DNA from: Finegoldia sp.
GTDB lineage: Bacteria; Bacillota; Clostridia; Tissierellales; Peptoniphilaceae
Assembly (NCBI GenBank): GCA_029983915.1
Contig: JASBYN010000005.1
Coordinates: 21,032 to 85,031, forward strand
DNA: 64,000 nucleotides
Reading direction: 5' to 3'
Position numbers and translations under genes: made by a program. Below the pieces are notes generated by a model. The model worked only from the letters and a program-made list of their open reading frames with translations. It was not told where the DNA came from and ran no database searches. Below, piece by piece: positions 60,617 to 64,000 of the stretch. Positions within the stretch are counted from its first letter, which is position 1. Each line of letters opens with the position of its first letter.

Positions 60617-61561
60617 ATGAAAACAATTAATAAATCTACTATTTATTTGGCTGGAGGATGTTTTTGGGGCGTAGAAGCTTACTTCAAAAAATTGAAAGGC
60701 GTCTTGGAAACTGACACAGGATATGCAAACGGAGAAGGATTTAACACAGATTATACAATGGTCAAACAAACTCACCACGCAGAAACAGTCAAAATAATAT
60801 ACGACAAAAATAGACTGGATTTGGCAGAAATACTCCTACACTATTTTAAAATAATAGATCCAGTATCTGTCAATAAACAAGGAAATGATAGAGGTGAACA
60901 ATACAGAACGGGAATTTTCTATGAAGATGAAGCCGATTTGGATGTAATCGATTCAGTAATGAGGTATATACAATCTCAATACGATGAAAAATTAAAAGTA
61001 ATCGTAGAAAAATTGAAAAACTTCGTATTAGCTGAAGATTATCATCAAGATTATTTGGATAAAAATCCCGGCGGATATTGTCACATAAATTTAGCTGCTT
61101 TTGATGAAAATTTGGATTCTACTGAATACAAAAAATTCAGCGAAGAAGAATTGAAATCAAATTTATCTGAATTGTCTTATAAAGTCACTCAAAATTCTGC
61201 TACGGAAAGACCTCACACGTCAGAATACAACGATTTTGATGAAAGAGGTATATATGTAGATATCGTCAGTGGAGAACCTCTATTTTCATCGAAAGACAAA
61301 TACGACGCAGGATGTGGATGGCCTTCATTTACAAAAACTATAACTTCTAATGCCGTAAATTATTCCGACGATTTCAAATTATCCAGAGTAAGAACGGAAG
61401 TTAGAAGCAAAAATGCAGATAGCCATTTAGGTCACGTATTTGACGATGGCCCTAGTGAAAAAGGTGGTCTTAGATATTGCATCAACGGTGCAAGTTTGAG
61501 ATTTATCCCATTAGATAAAATGGAAGAAGAAGGATATGGAAAGTATATTCCATTTGTATAA
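60617..61561 (+). CDS. msrAB: Bifunctional peptide methionine sulfoxide reductase
   Basis: Msr[20 protein letters not shown]. MsrB: GCGWPSF, HLGHVF.DGP, RYCIN. Confidence 0.96.
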   Translation: MKTINKSTIYLAGGCFWGVEAYFKKLKGVLETDTGYANGEGFNTDYTMVKQTHHAETVKIIYDKNRLDLAEILLHYFKIIDPVSVNKQGNDRGEQYRTGIFYEDEADLDVIDSVMRYIQSQYDEKLKVIVEKLKNFVLAEDYHQDYLDKNPGGYCHINLAAFDENLDSTEYKKFSEEELKSNLSELSYKVTQNSATERPHTSEYNDFDERGIYVDIVSGEPLFSSKDKYDAGCGWPSFTKTITSNAVNYSDDFKLSRVRTEVRSKNADSHLGHVFDDGPSEKGGLRYCINGASLRFIPLDKMEEEGYGKYIPFV

Positions 61562-61687
61562 TTTATATTTTTTGAAAAGTTTGAGCGAGACTCAAACTTT
61601 TTTTATTTGATTTATAAGCCTTTAGGTGTTTACAAATCTATCAAAAACTGGGATAATATATCTGAAATTAAATATAAGGGGGACAAA

Positions 61688-62647
61688 ATGGATAACAAAA
61701 AAATCAATTTATTATCTAAGCTAGCTTTGTTAATAGTGGCTATTCTTTGGGGAAGTTCTCTTACCGTTGTAAAACAATCTTCTCAAACATTCAATCCTAA
61801 TTTTATCTTAGCTATAAGATTTACATTAGCTGCGATACTATTATCTATAATTTTTTGGAAAAGATTACGACAAGCCAAATCAGATGACATCAGAAATGGT
61901 CTTATAATAGGCTGTTTTTTATTTGCGGCTTATTCTTCTCAAACTTTAGGCGTGAGATTTGCAGATCCTGGTAGAAGCGGATTTTTGTCTGCATCATATT
62001 GTGTAATCGTTCCGTTTTTAGCTTGGATTGTTTTCAAAACGAAACCTGATAAGTACAATTTATCAGCTGCTGTTTTGTGTGTTACGGGGATATTTTTCAT
62101 ATCATTATCTGGAGGTCAATCGACTTCTGAAAATCCATTGGCGTGGTTAGGAGATTTATTAGCATTACTTAGCGGTGTGTTATTTGCATCTCACATTGTT
62201 GCCGTAAGTGCTTTGGCAAAAGATAGAGATCCTATAGTTATGACTATATTACAATTTATAATGGCAGCATCTCTTTCATGGGTGACTACATTTGTAGTAG
62301 AAGATAATTCACATATTATTGTAACTTCAAGATCAGTATTTGAATTATTATATCTCGCAGTAATGTGTACTGCAGTAGCATTGTTGTTGCAAAACATCGG
62401 TCAAAAATACACCAACCCATCTACAGCCGCAATCATACTAGGATTTGAATCGATATTTGGAATATTGATACCAGTTATGTTGGGTATAGAATCATTGACA
62501 GTATTTTCAGTAATAGGATTTTTCTTCATATTTGCAGCGATACTAGTCAGCGAAACAAAACTTTCTTTCTTGAAGGGCAAGGAATTGAGTACAGAAATTG
62601 CGGATTTAAATTCAGAGGCAGAATTAAGCCCAGAAGTTGTAGAATAA
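61688..62647 (+). CDS. DMT/EamA-family transporter
   Basis: About 10 TM segments, LWGSS, RF, GD...L, QK, ES.F. Start reassigned to 61688 behind AAGGGGG. Confidence 0.85.
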   Translation: MDNKKINLLSKLALLIVAILWGSSLTVVKQSSQTFNPNFILAIRFTLAAILLSIIFWKRLRQAKSDDIRNGLIIGCFLFAAYSSQTLGVRFADPGRSGFLSASYCVIVPFLAWIVFKTKPDKYNLSAAVLCVTGIFFISLSGGQSTSENPLAWLGDLLALLSGVLFASHIVAVSALAKDRDPIVMTILQFIMAASLSWVTTFVVEDNSHIIVTSRSVFELLYLAVMCTAVALLLQNIGQKYTNPSTAAIILGFESIFGILIPVMLGIESLTVFSVIGFFFIFAAILVSETKLSFLKGKELSTEIADLNSEAELSPEVVE

Positions 62648-62731
62648 AAATATGTCAGAAAATTTCTGACATATTTTTATACCTAAATTGCCCTATTATA
62701 ATAAAAAAAGATAGCTAAAAGCTATCTATAA

Positions 62732-62820
62732 TGGCGGAAGAAGTGGGATTCGAACCCACGTGGGATTGCTCCCAAACGCATTTCGAGTGCGCCCCGTTAT
62801 GACCACTTCGATATTCTTCC
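62732..62820 (-). tRNA. tRNA-Ser, anticodon CGA, CCA encoded
   Basis: GGAAGAA/TTCTTCC acceptor stem, GCGCA-CTCGAAA-TGCGT anticodon arm, long variable arm GGGA-GCAA-TCCC, GTGGG-TTCGAAT-CCCAC T arm, GCCA end. Confidence 0.95.
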
Positions 62821-62890
62821 GTGCTATTATATATTACACCAATTTTACGTTTTTATCAAATAATTTAACAGTTTAATATTAGGAGGATTT

Positions 62891-63580
62891 ATGAAAATAA
62901 TAGGACTTACTCCACTTTACGATGTTGGAGAAAACAGACTTTTCATGCTTAGAAAATACATAAATTTGATCGAGCAAAACGGTGCATATGCCGTTATATT
63001 GCCATTTAATTCGGATAGAAAATTTCTTGAAGAAATCGTTGACAGATTAGATGGCATAGTTTTTACAGGTGGGTTGGATGTGGCTCCTTCTTACTATAAC
63101 GAAGATAAGATTGAAGCTTGTGGCAAATCTTCTTTTGTGAGGGATAAATTGGAATTTGAACTTATGGATATTTGCTATAAAAAGGACATCCCTACACTTG
63201 GAATTTGTAGAGGATTTCAAATAATGAATGTGTATTTGGGTGGAAATTTATATCAAGATTTGAAAAAGCAAAAAGATATAGAAATAATTCACTCCCAAGA
63301 AAAACCGTACAATGATTTAGTTCATGAAGTGGAAAATTACGGATTCTTCAGAGAAAAATTTGGCGAAAAATTCTACGTCAACAGTCTTCATCACCAAGCT
63401 GTGAAAGAATTAGCCGAAAATCTTGTGGTATTGCAAAAATCTTCAGACGGAATAGTAGAAGCAGGATATGTTCCTGAGAAAAAATTCTTTTTGGGATTGC
63501 AATGGCATCCTGAAATGGCAATAGACACTTTAGAACAAGGTCACGAAATAGTGAAGATGTTCTTGGATTCAATTAATTAA
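62891..63580 (+). CDS. Class I glutamine amidotransferase-like hydrolase (peptidase C26/PuuD family)
   Basis: FTGG.DV.P, RD..E, LGICRGFQ, NSLHHQAV, QWHPE. Confidence 0.88.
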   Translation: MKIIGLTPLYDVGENRLFMLRKYINLIEQNGAYAVILPFNSDRKFLEEIVDRLDGIVFTGGLDVAPSYYNEDKIEACGKSSFVRDKLEFELMDICYKKDIPTLGICRGFQIMNVYLGGNLYQDLKKQKDIEIIHSQEKPYNDLVHEVENYGFFREKFGEKFYVNSLHHQAVKELAENLVVLQKSSDGIVEAGYVPEKKFFLGLQWHPEMAIDTLEQGHEIVKMFLDSIN

Positions 63581-63636
63581 TGGCTGCAAAATTTGCAGCC
63601 ATTTTTTCTATCCTAAACCTTAGGATATATACTTTA

Positions 63637-63975
63637 TCAAAATTTCCTCTTTTCATTTACATATGCACGGTTCAATATATTTCTATCCAACTTCAAAAAA
63701 TCCAAAATTTCATAACTTTTTGGATATCTTCCCGATAGTAGGATTTCCCCATCTACTTGTGTTATAGGAAGTTTCATGCCTTCTTTTATTTTTTCTAAGA
63801 TTCCATTTTCCTCAAACTCTTCCCTATTCTTGTTGAGTTTGTATCTATCCACGTGTATTTTCTTGGTTTCTAGGTTCTGCAAGAAAAATGACATCGTAAT
63901 AGCTTCATTATTTCTCTGGCTATCTTTTAGCCTATTATTTTCATCTACAACATCTTCAAATATTATCATTTTCAT
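63637..63975 (-). CDS. ArsD-like (arsenic metallochaperone fold) protein lacking cysteines
   Basis: V.RY.L...EEF..N and LPITQVDGEILLSGRYP match the ArsD core; no Cys in 112 aa. Confidence 0.6.
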   Translation of the reverse strand: MKMIIFEDVVDENNRLKDSQRNNEAITMSFFLQNLETKKIHVDRYKLNKNREEFEENGILEKIKEGMKLPITQVDGEILLSGRYPKSYEILDFLKLDRNILNRAYVNEKRKF

Positions 63976-64000
63976 ATAATCACCTATTATATATTATAAT

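Noticed and set aside
62732..62820. tRNA-Ser as the integration site of a genomic island
   Set aside because: I saw no integrase and no duplicated tRNA 3' end in the window.
842..63979. Numerous 60-176 aa ORFs overlapping larger genes on the opposite strand or in another frame
   Set aside because: No SD, F/S/I/L-rich antisense composition, and nested in or overlapping well-supported genes.

Overview
A 64-kb window of low-GC, AT-rich chromosome from an anaerobic Gram-positive (Firmicutes) bacterium. Gene content and style suggest Peptoniphilaceae, possibly Finegoldia, but this is inference. It is mostly housekeeping and metabolic DNA: wzz/wzy-like genes, a deoD-deoC cluster, hpf, pncB, copA-copZ-csoR, a 3D-domain cell-wall enzyme, a purC-F-N-H-(D/L fusion)-B operon, an orphan PilB/PilC-like pair, peptidases, a CdaR-glycerate kinase-permease unit, a KdpD/E-like two-component system beside trkA/trkH, an ABC-2 exporter with a two-component system, GT4-wecC-wecB, CMD-TetR-radical SAM-msrAB and tRNA-Ser(CGA). 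I see no IS, prophage or CRISPR array. The most notable unannotated signal is an operon of three tandem paralogous 50-57 aa basic peptides (53534-54063), missed by the ORF track, with its own near-consensus promoter, structured leader and terminator. Also notable are a 50-codon leader ORF plus terminator before the pur operon, a DnaA-box cluster with no dnaA nearby (~31.77-31.86 kb), a PurD-PurL fusion and a cysteine-less ArsD-like orphan. All calls come from reading motifs by eye; no database searches were run.
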